From positions 234,706 through 298,705 of the forward strand of contig PFRS01000001.1 in assembly GCA_002788675.1 (NCBI GenBank): a stretch of 64,000 nt of DNA, read 5' to 3'. Position numbers and translations under genes: made by a program. Origin of the DNA: Candidatus Pacebacteria bacterium CG_4_9_14_0_2_um_filter_40_15 (GTDB lineage: Bacteria; Patescibacteriota; Microgenomatia; UBA1400; PJMF01). Shown here piece by piece: positions 29,189 to 38,039 of this stretch; positions within the stretch are counted from its first letter, which is position 1, and the number at the start of each line of letters is the position of its first letter. The notes beneath the pieces are model-generated. The model saw nothing but the letters and a program-made list of their open reading frames with translations, had not been told where the DNA came from and did no database searches.

Positions 29189-32100
29189 CTATCTGAATTC
29201 AACACCATAGAAACCGTGAGAATCGCGGTGCTCAGTCTCAAATACAATGCCACTTGGGGTAACTTCAGCTTGAGGAGCAATCTTAGCAGGCTTTAGACCA
29301 GAGAAGGGGACAATGGTAACCGTTGTTGGAATATCTGTTCCGGGTTGCTTTTGATCAAAAAACGCATATGAATACCCGGCTTCACCAGACAATGGAACCG
29401 AGTATTTAAGTATTATTTCTGTCTGAGCCTGAATTGGCACCATTACTAAGAAACCCACCATTGTTCTGCCTTGTTCAATACGTTCCGTCAACTCACTTTT
29501 GCTGAGTTTTTTATTATTTACAATCACATCTGAAACTTGAGCGCTGGAATTCAAGTAGAAGCGATAGTATGCTCTGTAATCGCCCTTTGGCCAGGCATTT
29601 ATGTCTGCAGTATTTTCAATCTGGATGGTCCGAGTGTGTTGGGCAACTCCTGGAAGCAACTCAACTGTATGATCTATATTTTCTTCAAGATAGTAATTTG
29701 CTTTATTCACACCTGTGTTTGCAGCAACTTGGGCAATTGTGTCGACAGTACACACTTCAGAAGAGAATTGCATTGGACACTCTGGCTTGACCAAAGATCC
29801 TGTCCAACCCATTGTAGTTAATAGATCTTGGACAGAGGTATCTGTACTTGATATCAAGATTTCGTTTTGCTGGAGACCATCGTGGACAGCTGTGAGAAAT
29901 CCAGAGATCTTTTCAGGTTGTGCTGTTTTAATTTTATCGAGTAAACGTTCAAGAAGTAGCACTGAGTATGCTTTTTCTGTCGTACCCTTTACAAGCAGTT
30001 TTTCTGAATGATGTTCCATAAGTGCGTCGAGATTTTTAGAGGTAACTACTTCGTTGTGTTCAGCAATCTCGAGAGGGCCAAGTGCATCAACCATCATTCC
30101 TGTTGATTTGAGATCAAGTGCAATCACACCATCAATCTTGCCGCCAGCAGCTTTCGTCATAAACCATGAAGCTTTTGCTGCTGCTTGAGTAAAATCGGGA
30201 TTCCAGTTGCTGTCTCTGAAATACCATTGCTGCTCACCCAAATAGGTAGGTAAATCATCGGGTGGGGCAACAGTACCTGAAACCAAAGCATCAATGTCAT
30301 AACTGCTAAATACTTGAGAAGAAATAAGGCGTCCTTCACTAAATGTAACCACAGCAGCGGCTTGAATAAATCCACCAGTCGGCCGGAGTTCTTGTTCATT
30401 TTGAAAGAGAATGAGATAGGTCTTTTTGGTACCACCAAATAAATCTTGCATGAGTGGCAAAATTTGGTGCTGTGTCATTAACCCATTCCTCATAGCCTCA
30501 ATCTTGAGCTGATAATCGGTAAGTATGGCTGTTTTTTGAGTATCATCCTCACCAAATGGAATTTGATCGATACCAGCTGTTACTAACGAAAGATTTTCAT
30601 ATGCTGTCTCTGATTTTGATGAAAGATCTGATGAAACTTCAAATACTGATCCTTCATCTAGTCCCATAAGTCGATAATACATCGTTTGAGAAGTTTCCTT
30701 CATGTCCTCGAGAAGAAATGACACTTCGCTCAACTGAGAAGTAACAGCAACCAGGTGCTCTGCATCACTAATCAGTGCGAGATCAAAAATCGTACCATAT
30801 GATTTTGCTTGAATTTCTAGAAACGAAGCCATTTTTTGGAGATTGCTCCAAGATTGCCGATCTACTGTTTGTTGCACTGCAGTCTTGGCAACAGCTAGCA
30901 GCTGTCTTTTAACCATAAACTGGGTGCCTATAAATACAGCAATCAGAGTAGCAATACCAAAACCAACACCAATAAATCCAAGACCTCCATAAAATAACAC
31001 TTTTTTTCTTTTTGATTTACCGGTATGTTTTAGTTCTGTGTGAGCCATACTTTCGACTCGAGCCACTCTTACTGCTGTTCGAGGCTCCTTAAAAATGCGA
31101 GACAACTCGGTGTTTATATCAAGATTTTCTTGATTTTTTTTAGTTTCTGTACTATTTGTTTCTGTTTCGGTTGTAATAAAAATACCTTCATCACTGGCTC
31201 TAATTACGGTGTCTGTTTCTTCTGTTTCAACTATAAAAGTCTCTTTAAAAGCTACTGATTTTTCTTGTGGAGGAACGGCTGTTACTTCAGCCTCAATTTG
31301 TACATTTTTGTCTGGTAGCACATCGGGCTCATCATTAACATCTGCTTGGACGAAAGGTTCGAAGTTTTGTTCAACATATTTTTGAACTATTTGAGGTTGG
31401 GTATTGCGAAGCTGAATACTCGGAATATACGAATTCAGTTTTGAGGGGGCATCTTTCCAAGAACGAACAAACTCGTCTGTAATGCTAGCACTTGAAATGT
31501 ATTTTATGGTTATTTCAGATACTTCAAAAGGAATACTCGAAATAATCTCAGTTTTTTCATGTTTTATAACTAAATCTAGTTGATAATAGGAACCAAACAA
31601 CTGCGTTATTTCCTCAACTAATTGAGAACTGTGTACAGACTCTCCAGAAAAACAGAAACTATGTTGGGGTGCTGGCTTAAAAAATAAGGGAACTGCTCGC
31701 TGTACAAACGCCTCGATTGAGAGTAACGACAACTGAACTCCAGGATCATACATAATGTTTTTATTGACATGTATTGAACATATTTCTAATGGGAAAAGAG
31801 GAGTTCCAAAAAGGTTTTTGGCAAAAATAAACAACGAATTATCAAAAACTGCATTTATATCCAAAATAATTTCTCGCTGCAACTCAGTAACTTTTTTCCA
31901 GGTGGTGTGAAAAACACTGTCTGACTGCGTGACGACGCCATCCATAATTGGCTGAACAATAATAACTTTTTTTGAAAATGGTTCTATGTAATTTTTTAGG
32001 TTTTGTACGTGTTGAGTGAAGTATTCAAGCGGGGACACTAGCCAAATTATTTTATATGCATATCCCAGTGACGCTTCATCAACTGTCGTTTGTATTTCTG

Positions 32101-32278
32101 TTTCCGAACACACAATAGTGTGCAAACCCATTCCAGATACAGCTCGAGATACCTCGCTTCGCAAAGCACTAGCCTGTCCAACCACTACAACGAGTGGCGC
32201 ATCTAAGTCTAATTGTGTGACTAATTGGGGCACCATATCTTCTTTCATCTTCCATTGTAATGAAATTGTTGAAAGCAA
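29189..32278 (-). CDS. DUF4012-domain membrane protein
   Basis: TYLILFQNEQELRPTGGFI, W.FRDSNWNPDF, IDGVIALD, NKANYY, QKQPGT; central TM; start codon uncertain. Confidence 0.85.
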   Translation of the reverse strand: MLSTISLQWKMKEDMVPQLVTQLDLDAPLVVVVGQASALRSEVSRAVSGMGLHTIVCSETEIQTTVDEASLGYAYKIIWLVSPLEYFTQHVQNLKNYIEPFSKKVIIVQPIMDGVVTQSDSVFHTTWKKVTELQREIILDINAVFDNSLFIFAKNLFGTPLFPLEICSIHVNKNIMYDPGVQLSLLSIEAFVQRAVPLFFKPAPQHSFCFSGESVHSSQLVEEITQLFGSYYQLDLVIKHEKTEIISSIPFEVSEITIKYISSASITDEFVRSWKDAPSKLNSYIPSIQLRNTQPQIVQKYVEQNFEPFVQADVNDEPDVLPDKNVQIEAEVTAVPPQEKSVAFKETFIVETEETDTVIRASDEGIFITTETETNSTETKKNQENLDINTELSRIFKEPRTAVRVARVESMAHTELKHTGKSKRKKVLFYGGLGFIGVGFGIATLIAVFIGTQFMVKRQLLAVAKTAVQQTVDRQSWSNLQKMASFLEIQAKSYGTIFDLALISDAEHLVAVTSQLSEVSFLLEDMKETSQTMYYRLMGLDEGSVFEVSSDLSSKSETAYENLSLVTAGIDQIPFGEDDTQKTAILTDYQLKIEAMRNGLMTQHQILPLMQDLFGGTKKTYLILFQNEQELRPTGGFIQAAAVVTFSEGRLISSQVFSSYDIDALVSGTVAPPDDLPTYLGEQQWYFRDSNWNPDFTQAAAKASWFMTKAAGGKIDGVIALDLKSTGMMVDALGPLEIAEHNEVVTSKNLDALMEHHSEKLLVKGTTEKAYSVLLLERLLDKIKTAQPEKISGFLTAVHDGLQQNEILISSTDTSVQDLLTTMGWTGSLVKPECPMQFSSEVCTVDTIAQVAANTGVNKANYYLEENIDHTVELLPGVAQHTRTIQIENTADINAWPKGDYRAYYRFYLNSSAQVSDVIVNNKKLSKSELTERIEQGRTMVGFLVMVPIQAQTEIILKYSVPLSGEAGYSYAFFDQKQPGTDIPTTVTIVPFSGLKPAKIAPQAEVTPSGIVFETEHRDSHGFYGVEFR

Positions 32279-32346
32279 TGTAGGTGTAAAATATACCGCC
32301 CTTGAGAAGAACAGATCAAACTAGACCAATACCATAAAAGTGAAAC

Positions 32347-32772
32347 TTAGGCTGCTTGAGCATCAAGTGCCTGATTAACAAGAGAATCAGCCACAGCGTT
32401 TTCAGCTCGAGGTACATACTGAATTTTCCAGTCACAACCAAGACCATCCAAAAGGTGCCAGCATTGTTCTGCAAAAACCCTCATCCGTGGTTCTTTAATT
32501 TTCCAGTGTTTTTGAATTTGTTCGACAACTAACTTGGAATCTAGATTCCAAGTACACTTTTCGACAGAATTATTAGAAACATATTGTGATACCCACTGGG
32601 CTGAAGTTAGAAGAGCTGTATATTCAGCTTCATTGTTGGTACCAACTCCCAGATACTCTGAAAAATCATGCACCACTTCGCCATTTTTGACGTCTGCATA
32701 TACAACACCACCAATTGCTGCTGGCCCAGGGTTTCCTCGAGATCCACCGTCGGTAAAAATATGTAATTCCAT
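32347..32772 (-). CDS. rnhA: Ribonuclease HI
   Basis: IFTDGGSRGNPGPAAIG, TNNEAEY, DSKLVVEQ, VPRAENAVADSLVN. True start is MELHIF at 32772; the longer track ORF overlaps jag. Confidence 0.93.
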   Translation of the reverse strand: MELHIFTDGGSRGNPGPAAIGGVVYADVKNGEVVHDFSEYLGVGTNNEAEYTALLTSAQWVSQYVSNNSVEKCTWNLDSKLVVEQIQKHWKIKEPRMRVFAEQCWHLLDGLGCDWKIQYVPRAENAVADSLVNQALDAQAA

Positions 32773-32821
32773 TAGTATCCTCTCGAAATTTCTAGACTTT
32801 GTACTTGTGTATCCAGAAAGC

Positions 32822-33283
32822 TTACTTTTTGAGTTGAATAGTGAGTTTTCGATTCTTGCCAGCACCCTCTGAGATACTTTCAAGTTCACCATATTTTTCA
32901 TTTTTTGCCAAGCATGAATGAATAACAAAACGCTCATGAGCTGGGAAATATGAATTGAAGGTGTACTTTTCACCTGTTTCAAGCACTCGCTCAGCCACAG
33001 ACTCGGTGATTTCACTTAGTCTGTCTTCACGTTGTTCACGGTAATCATTTAGATTTACCATTATTTTATGTTCAGGAAATTCTTCTTGAAAAATTATCCG
33101 CACCATGCGCTGAATAGAATCGAGTGTTTCGCCGTGATACCCAATAAAAATTCCTGAATCATCTTCAGGAACTTGAATGGAAACACGAAGATATTCACCA
33201 TCTTCTACAACTGTTACTGTCATATCATCTGACTCTATTCCGCAGTGTTCAGATAATTGTGTTAAGAATGAATCAATTGTCAT
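32822..33283 (-). CDS. jag: Jag/KhpB (KH plus R3H) RNA-binding protein, short form
   Basis: IGYHGETLDSIQ (KH), ERFVIH (R3H), SEGAG.NR; follows yidC. Confidence 0.9.
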   Translation of the reverse strand: MTIDSFLTQLSEHCGIESDDMTVTVVEDGEYLRVSIQVPEDDSGIFIGYHGETLDSIQRMVRIIFQEEFPEHKIMVNLNDYREQREDRLSEITESVAERVLETGEKYTFNSYFPAHERFVIHSCLAKNEKYGELESISEGAGKNRKLTIQLKK

Positions 33284-33319
33284 GATTTTCTCTCCTTGTA
33301 AATATATGTCGATACAAAT

Positions 33320-34066
33320 TTATTTCTGGAATTTCTCAATTAAACGGCGAGAGTAGGTAACGATGCCACCCCATCCAGATACATAATACTGTTGTCCAAT
33401 ACTAAAAACCGTTGTTGCTACCCAGTAGAGCGCTAAGCCTGAAGGGAATTTTAAGGCAAAGAATCCTGTCATTATTGGCATAATAAACATCATTTGCTGC
33501 TGCATTGACTGTGCCATCTCGGCTGAATCTTCTTCTTTTTTATTTTCTTTTTGAATTTTTTTGCTTTTACTGTCGTTTGGAACGAGGTCATTTTTTTCGG
33601 CACCTGGGGCAATCATGAGTGACAAAATAAGTTGTGTTGCACCAGCTAAGACTGGCAAAATATAGCTATTGTCTGGTTGAGTCAAGTTGAGCCATAAAAA
33701 ATGGGTACTTAACGTCAAAGAAGGATCATTTAAAAATGATAATAATGATTTATATAAGAAAATAAGCACAGCAAATTGCAATAATTGAGGGATACATCCA
33801 GCTAAAGGATTAACATTATATTTTTTATATAACTCCATTTGAGCTTGTTGTAACTCTTTTTTATCTTTTCCATGCTTTTTCTTAAGTTTAGCAATTTCTG
33901 GTTGAAGATCTTGCATTTTTTTAGTTGCTTTAAGCGTTGGTAAAGAGAGCGGAATGAGTGCACTTCTAATTAAAAAGGTAAAAACAAGAATAGCTAATCC
34001 CAAACTTCCAGTGAGTTGAGCTAAAAGTGATAATAGTTGAATAAATCCCGATGTGAGAATGTCCAT
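33320..34066 (-). CDS. yidC: Membrane protein insertase YidC (short form)
   Basis: LGLAILVFT..IR, LQPEI..LKKK, NPLAGCIP.L.Q, FLWLNL, PSGLALYW. Confidence 0.95.
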   Translation of the reverse strand: MDILTSGFIQLLSLLAQLTGSLGLAILVFTFLIRSALIPLSLPTLKATKKMQDLQPEIAKLKKKHGKDKKELQQAQMELYKKYNVNPLAGCIPQLLQFAVLIFLYKSLLSFLNDPSLTLSTHFLWLNLTQPDNSYILPVLAGATQLILSLMIAPGAEKNDLVPNDSKSKKIQKENKKEEDSAEMAQSMQQQMMFIMPIMTGFFALKFPSGLALYWVATTVFSIGQQYYVSGWGGIVTYSRRLIEKFQK

Positions 34067-34083
34067 AAGATCTTTCTAAAGTG

Positions 34084-34296
34084 TTACCAACAAGTCAAAA
34101 CTCGTCGCAACCCCCTTATTCCTCCTTTAATAATTCCTTCTGATTGCATGGCTCTAAATAAATAGGTGCCACAGCTTGGTGTGTGTTTACAGTGTATTGT
34201 TATCCCAAACACTGATGTTAACACGGTGTATCTAATACTTCGTGCTACTTGATAAGCTTTAAATAAGACTATCAATGACTTAGAACGAAGTTTCAT
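34084..34296 (-). CDS. yidD: Membrane protein insertion efficiency factor YidD
   Basis: CKHTPSC..Y...A....G..KG.....RVL.C; lies between rnpA and yidC. Confidence 0.88.
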   Translation of the reverse strand: MKLRSKSLIVLFKAYQVARSIRYTVLTSVFGITIHCKHTPSCGTYLFRAMQSEGIIKGGIRGLRRVLTCW

Positions 34297-34631
34297 TCTT
34301 TCTGTAGTGAACTAAACGCTTTGAGTAGTTCTTTTTCTAGCAGTTCTCTTGGAGCAGTTACCGCTGCCGATTTTGCCACTAAACATACAAAAAAGCTAGA
34401 GGAATTAAGATCTACTTCTGGAATAATCTTTTCAATTGCTGCAGTTATCTTTCTCTTTACTGCAGTTCTACCCGTTGCAAGAGCCACTCTTTTTTTAGGC
34501 ACAACAACGACTGTCCCGAAATGAGGAGCAGGAATATAAAACAGCGTAAATTTTTGTGAAAAGACCTTCTTAGCTTTTTCGAAAAAGCCTCGTTCTTGAC
34601 GAAGATTGAATGAATACTGCTTGGGCAGCAT
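34293..34631 (-). CDS. rnpA: Ribonuclease P protein component
   Basis: MLPK, VVVPKKR..LAT.R..VKR (RNR-like motif); synteny with rpmH. Confidence 0.85.
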   Translation of the reverse strand: MLPKQYSFNLRQERGFFEKAKKVFSQKFTLFYIPAPHFGTVVVVPKKRVALATGRTAVKRKITAAIEKIIPEVDLNSSSFFVCLVAKSAAVTAPRELLEKELLKAFSSLQKE

Positions 34632-34638
34632 GACAGGG

Positions 34639-34791
34639 TTACTTAATCTTTTTAGCTACTGCTAGACTTGCGCGGCCTTTTGCTCGGCGTCTCTTCAAAA
34701 TTGCTTTACCAGCAGCTGAAGCTAAACGCTTGAGAAAACCATGCTTGCGCATTCTTTTTAATTTTTTTGGATTCCAGGTTCGTTTTGGCAT
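34639..34791 (-). CDS. rpmH: 50S ribosomal protein L34
   Basis: Below ORF-track cutoff. Hand translation [50 protein letters not shown]. Confidence 0.97.
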   Translation of the reverse strand: MPKRTWNPKKLKRMRKHGFLKRLASAAGKAILKRRRAKGRASLAVAKKIK

Positions 34792-34870
34792 AGATCGCTA
34801 TTATACCAGGGAATTTTTTTTTGAAAAGTGTAAGATACCATCAAGGAAATTAAAATGATCTTTTTTTTGA

Positions 34871-35980
34871 TTATCCATTTACCTTAAAAGGCATAATCAC
34901 ATATTCAGCTTCTGGAACATCGGTAACTTTACAAAGTACTGGTTTAAGACTTTCACTCATTCCGAACCAAATTGAGTCACTTTTTGTTGCCTTAAGAATA
35001 TCTTGTACATATTTTGCATTAAATGCAATTTCGAGTGGTTCGCCGGTAATCTTAACTCCTGGAATTTCGCCCGAGTAGGTTCCAAGAGAAGGAGAGGACG
35101 CTGAAATAGTAACTTTGTCGGCTTCAATTGAAAATTTAATAATATTTGAAATATCTCGCGCAAAAATGAGCGCTCGTTTAATATTATCGTCAAGTTCACC
35201 AGAAGAAAAAGTTACTTCAGTAGTGAAAACACTGGGGATTATTTTCTGGTAGGGGGGATATTCACCTTCAATCAGGCGCATATAAATTTCTACATCTCCA
35301 CTTGCAAAATACACTTGCTTTAACTCTTGAGAAACCACAAATGAAACAGTCTTTTCTGAAACCTGTTGCACAATTCTATTCACTTCGTGAAGCGCCTTAG
35401 ACTGTAAAAGTAGGGTTGAGGTCGCTCTACCTACTGCATTAGCGACTTTGTAGGTGCTGAGTCTAAAACCGTCCGTTGTAACGGTGAGTAGCCCGTTTTC
35501 GGTAGGTTCAAAGAGTATTGAAGTAAGCACTGGTCTAGCCTGGTCTGTCGAAGCAGAAAAGCCAACAAATTGTTCAATAGACTGTAATTGCTCCGTATCA
35601 AAGGTGTAGGTTTCACCTTCAACTTGAGGAAATTGAGGATATTCATCAGCTGCTTGGCATTGAAGCTTGGTTTTTGAATGTTCGGAAAGGATATTGAGTG
35701 TACCTTCTATAAACTCAAGTGTTAACTTGCCGTTTCCCATAGAAGAAATTAATTCTTTAAATTGTTTTCCTGGAATAACAATCGTTCCTTCTGTTTCAAC
35801 AGAAGCTTGTAAATGAACACGAACTCCAAAATAAAGATCAGTTGCAGAAATAACACAGCCACTAGTTGTTGCTTCAAATAAAACTGAAGAGAGAACTGGC
35901 AATTGAGGATTAGATGGAATAGCCTTTGAAAGATACGATAACCCCTTATTTAAATTTTCTTGCAGTATATATGTTTTCAT
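34871..35980 (-). CDS. dnaN: DNA polymerase III beta clamp
   Basis: ATDL, RPVLT, TDGFRLS, RLIEGEYPPY..IIP, IAFNAKY, YVIMP. Confidence 0.98.
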   Translation of the reverse strand: MKTYILQENLNKGLSYLSKAIPSNPQLPVLSSVLFEATTSGCVISATDLYFGVRVHLQASVETEGTIVIPGKQFKELISSMGNGKLTLEFIEGTLNILSEHSKTKLQCQAADEYPQFPQVEGETYTFDTEQLQSIEQFVGFSASTDQARPVLTSILFEPTENGLLTVTTDGFRLSTYKVANAVGRATSTLLLQSKALHEVNRIVQQVSEKTVSFVVSQELKQVYFASGDVEIYMRLIEGEYPPYQKIIPSVFTTEVTFSSGELDDNIKRALIFARDISNIIKFSIEADKVTISASSPSLGTYSGEIPGVKITGEPLEIAFNAKYVQDILKATKSDSIWFGMSESLKPVLCKVTDVPEAEYVIMPFKVNG

Positions 35981-35989
35981 GTTTCTTCT

Positions 35990-36250
35990 AACTATTCTAA
36001 TATATATATCTTGTAGTTGTAGTAGTAGGTGATTTTAGATTCGTGCATAACCTCTATTTTAGATCTGGTAGCCATCTGTGAATTGCGTGTGGATTTCAGT
36101 CAAGGGCAATTGTGAATAACTTTTCTGTAAAAACGTTGAAAATTGGGAAAACTTTTCCAAAGTTATTCACATGGTACCATTTTGTTAACAACTATTCACG
36201 CAGTATCCACTTGCTTTTCCACTAAGTTTTCCACATCCGTGGATAAGTTT
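35990..36250. other. Replication origin oriC (dnaA-dnaN intergenic)
   Basis: Clustered DnaA-box-like 9-mers (TGTGAATAA 36111, TTATTCACA 36163, GTATCCACT 36203, TTTTCCACA 36227, CGTGGATAA 36238, CGTGCATAA 36042), TAG trio run at 36011-36028 and a TATATA tract next to dnaN. Confidence 0.9.
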
Positions 36251-36265
36251 GTTTATGTCAAAACT

Positions 36266-37894
36266 TTATCTTGATATAGCCGCCAAAGTCATTCTTAAGG
36301 CAGATATATCTTGCTGAACAACATCGTTAATAGACATTTCTTTATCTATTTTTTTAACAGCATGTAAGACACTGGTGTGATCACGTCCAGAAAACCATTT
36401 TCCAATTTCTGTGAGAGGCAAAGATAAGTCTTCTTTGAGCAAATACATAGCAATGTGACGAGCCGTCACTAACGGTTTTGATCGTCTGGTTCCTTTAATA
36501 GCGGTTTGCTTTAGCTTGTAATGATTAGCAACTGTTCTAATAATTTCGGAAGGAGTGACTTTAATAGTTGGACGTTTATCGGTAATCTCTACTCGAAGTA
36601 TATCTTGAATGAGTTCTGGTGAAATAGTTCTTCTCTTCAGTTCGACTTCAGATCTAATGCTAGTAATAATTCCTTCTATTTTCCGGGCGCTCTCGACTTG
36701 TGAAGCAATTATTTTAGCCAGTTCAATAGGAATATCCATGCGAGCTGCTTTTGCTTTGACAAGTAGAATTGCGGTTCGTAACTCGAAGGACGGTTGACCA
36801 ATATCGATCATAAGGCCTGCTTCAAATCGAGATCTTAATCTATCCTCGAGCAAAGTCATTTCATGAGGCGGTCTATCACTGGTTAAAACAATTTGGTGAA
36901 GTTCTTTGGTTAAAGCATTAAATGTATGAAAAAATTCTTCCTGAACGGCATTTTTGCCTGCAATAAATTGAATGTCGTCGATAAGCAGCACATCAGCAGA
37001 TCTGAATTTTGCTTTAAATTGATTAGCTTTTTTATTTCTTATAGCATGCACAATTTCATTAGTGAACTCTTCACCAGTTGAATAAATTATACGCATATTG
37101 GAATCATTTTTTAGAATGTTATTGCCAATAGCGTGCATTAAGTGCGTTTTTCCCACGCCTACTCCTCCATAGAGGAAGAGTGGGTTATAGGCAGAGCCAG
37201 GCCTGTTTGAGACTGCTGTAGCAGCTGCGTGGGCCATTTCATTTGTGGTTGAGACGGCGAATGTTTCAAAGGTGTAATCACTGCGAAGCCCCACTTTGCG
37301 AGAAATAGCTCCCACGCGATCTGTTTGTGCTGATGATAGGTTTTGTTCTGAAAAAAGATTCTCTGCGCGTGGAGAGGAGCTGCTCTGATTTGATTGGGCA
37401 AAAGCCGGCGGTCTGTTTTGAGAATACGTTTCTTTGTAGTTGGCATGAATAGATGGAGAATGAGACCCAGAATCCATTGAGTGCGAGTAACTTTGTGCTT
37501 CCTCTTGTCGAGGCTCTTGAGTAAGATCATTTTTAATGCTTTCGAAACCCTGAAAACCCTGCTGAGATTGGTTATTTCCAGAAGGGGACTCAAAAGCACT
37601 GCTTGGATCACCAATTTTGTATTCGATGTTGCAGTTTCTGCCTGTTTGTTTATCAAGACAGTGTTTAATTTGGAGGTGTAAGTTTTTTTTAAGGTTTGTA
37701 GAGTGAAAGGCTGTGGGACTGGTAATTGTGGCCAGTGCTTCAGACTCATCTAAAAAAATCATGTGGGTGAGGGGATTCGAGACGATCCAAGTATTAAATA
37801 CAGCTGGTGAAAGCTGCAACTGGAGTTCGGCACAGACCTGTTTCCAAATTTTTTGAACTTGAGCAGTAGTGAGGCCAGCTGAAAGCAAAGACAT
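36266..37894 (-). CDS. dnaA: Chromosomal replication initiator DnaA
   Basis: YNPLFLYGGVGVGKTHL, LLIDDIQF, QEEFFHTFN, RLRSRF, GRDHTSVLHA; long Ser/Gln-rich domain II. Confidence 0.98.
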   Translation of the reverse strand: MSLLSAGLTTAQVQKIWKQVCAELQLQLSPAVFNTWIVSNPLTHMIFLDESEALATITSPTAFHSTNLKKNLHLQIKHCLDKQTGRNCNIEYKIGDPSSAFESPSGNNQSQQGFQGFESIKNDLTQEPRQEEAQSYSHSMDSGSHSPSIHANYKETYSQNRPPAFAQSNQSSSSPRAENLFSEQNLSSAQTDRVGAISRKVGLRSDYTFETFAVSTTNEMAHAAATAVSNRPGSAYNPLFLYGGVGVGKTHLMHAIGNNILKNDSNMRIIYSTGEEFTNEIVHAIRNKKANQFKAKFRSADVLLIDDIQFIAGKNAVQEEFFHTFNALTKELHQIVLTSDRPPHEMTLLEDRLRSRFEAGLMIDIGQPSFELRTAILLVKAKAARMDIPIELAKIIASQVESARKIEGIITSIRSEVELKRRTISPELIQDILRVEITDKRPTIKVTPSEIIRTVANHYKLKQTAIKGTRRSKPLVTARHIAMYLLKEDLSLPLTEIGKWFSGRDHTSVLHAVKKIDKEMSINDVVQQDISALRMTLAAISR

Positions 37895-38039
37895 GATATC
37901 TCGTATCTAAAACGTAGGTAATACTAATTTGGGGCAGGCTAGTGAATGATACATTTTGTTCATTCAAAACTACCTTGTTATACAAAAAGTTTTCCACATT
38001 GTGCAAGGGGCGAAATAGATTGTTGTATAGGAAAACTGA

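Noticed and set aside
32773-33015. N-terminal extension of the 222-aa rnhA track ORF
   Set aside because: Overlaps jag in another frame; the RNase H domain starts at MELHIF (32772).
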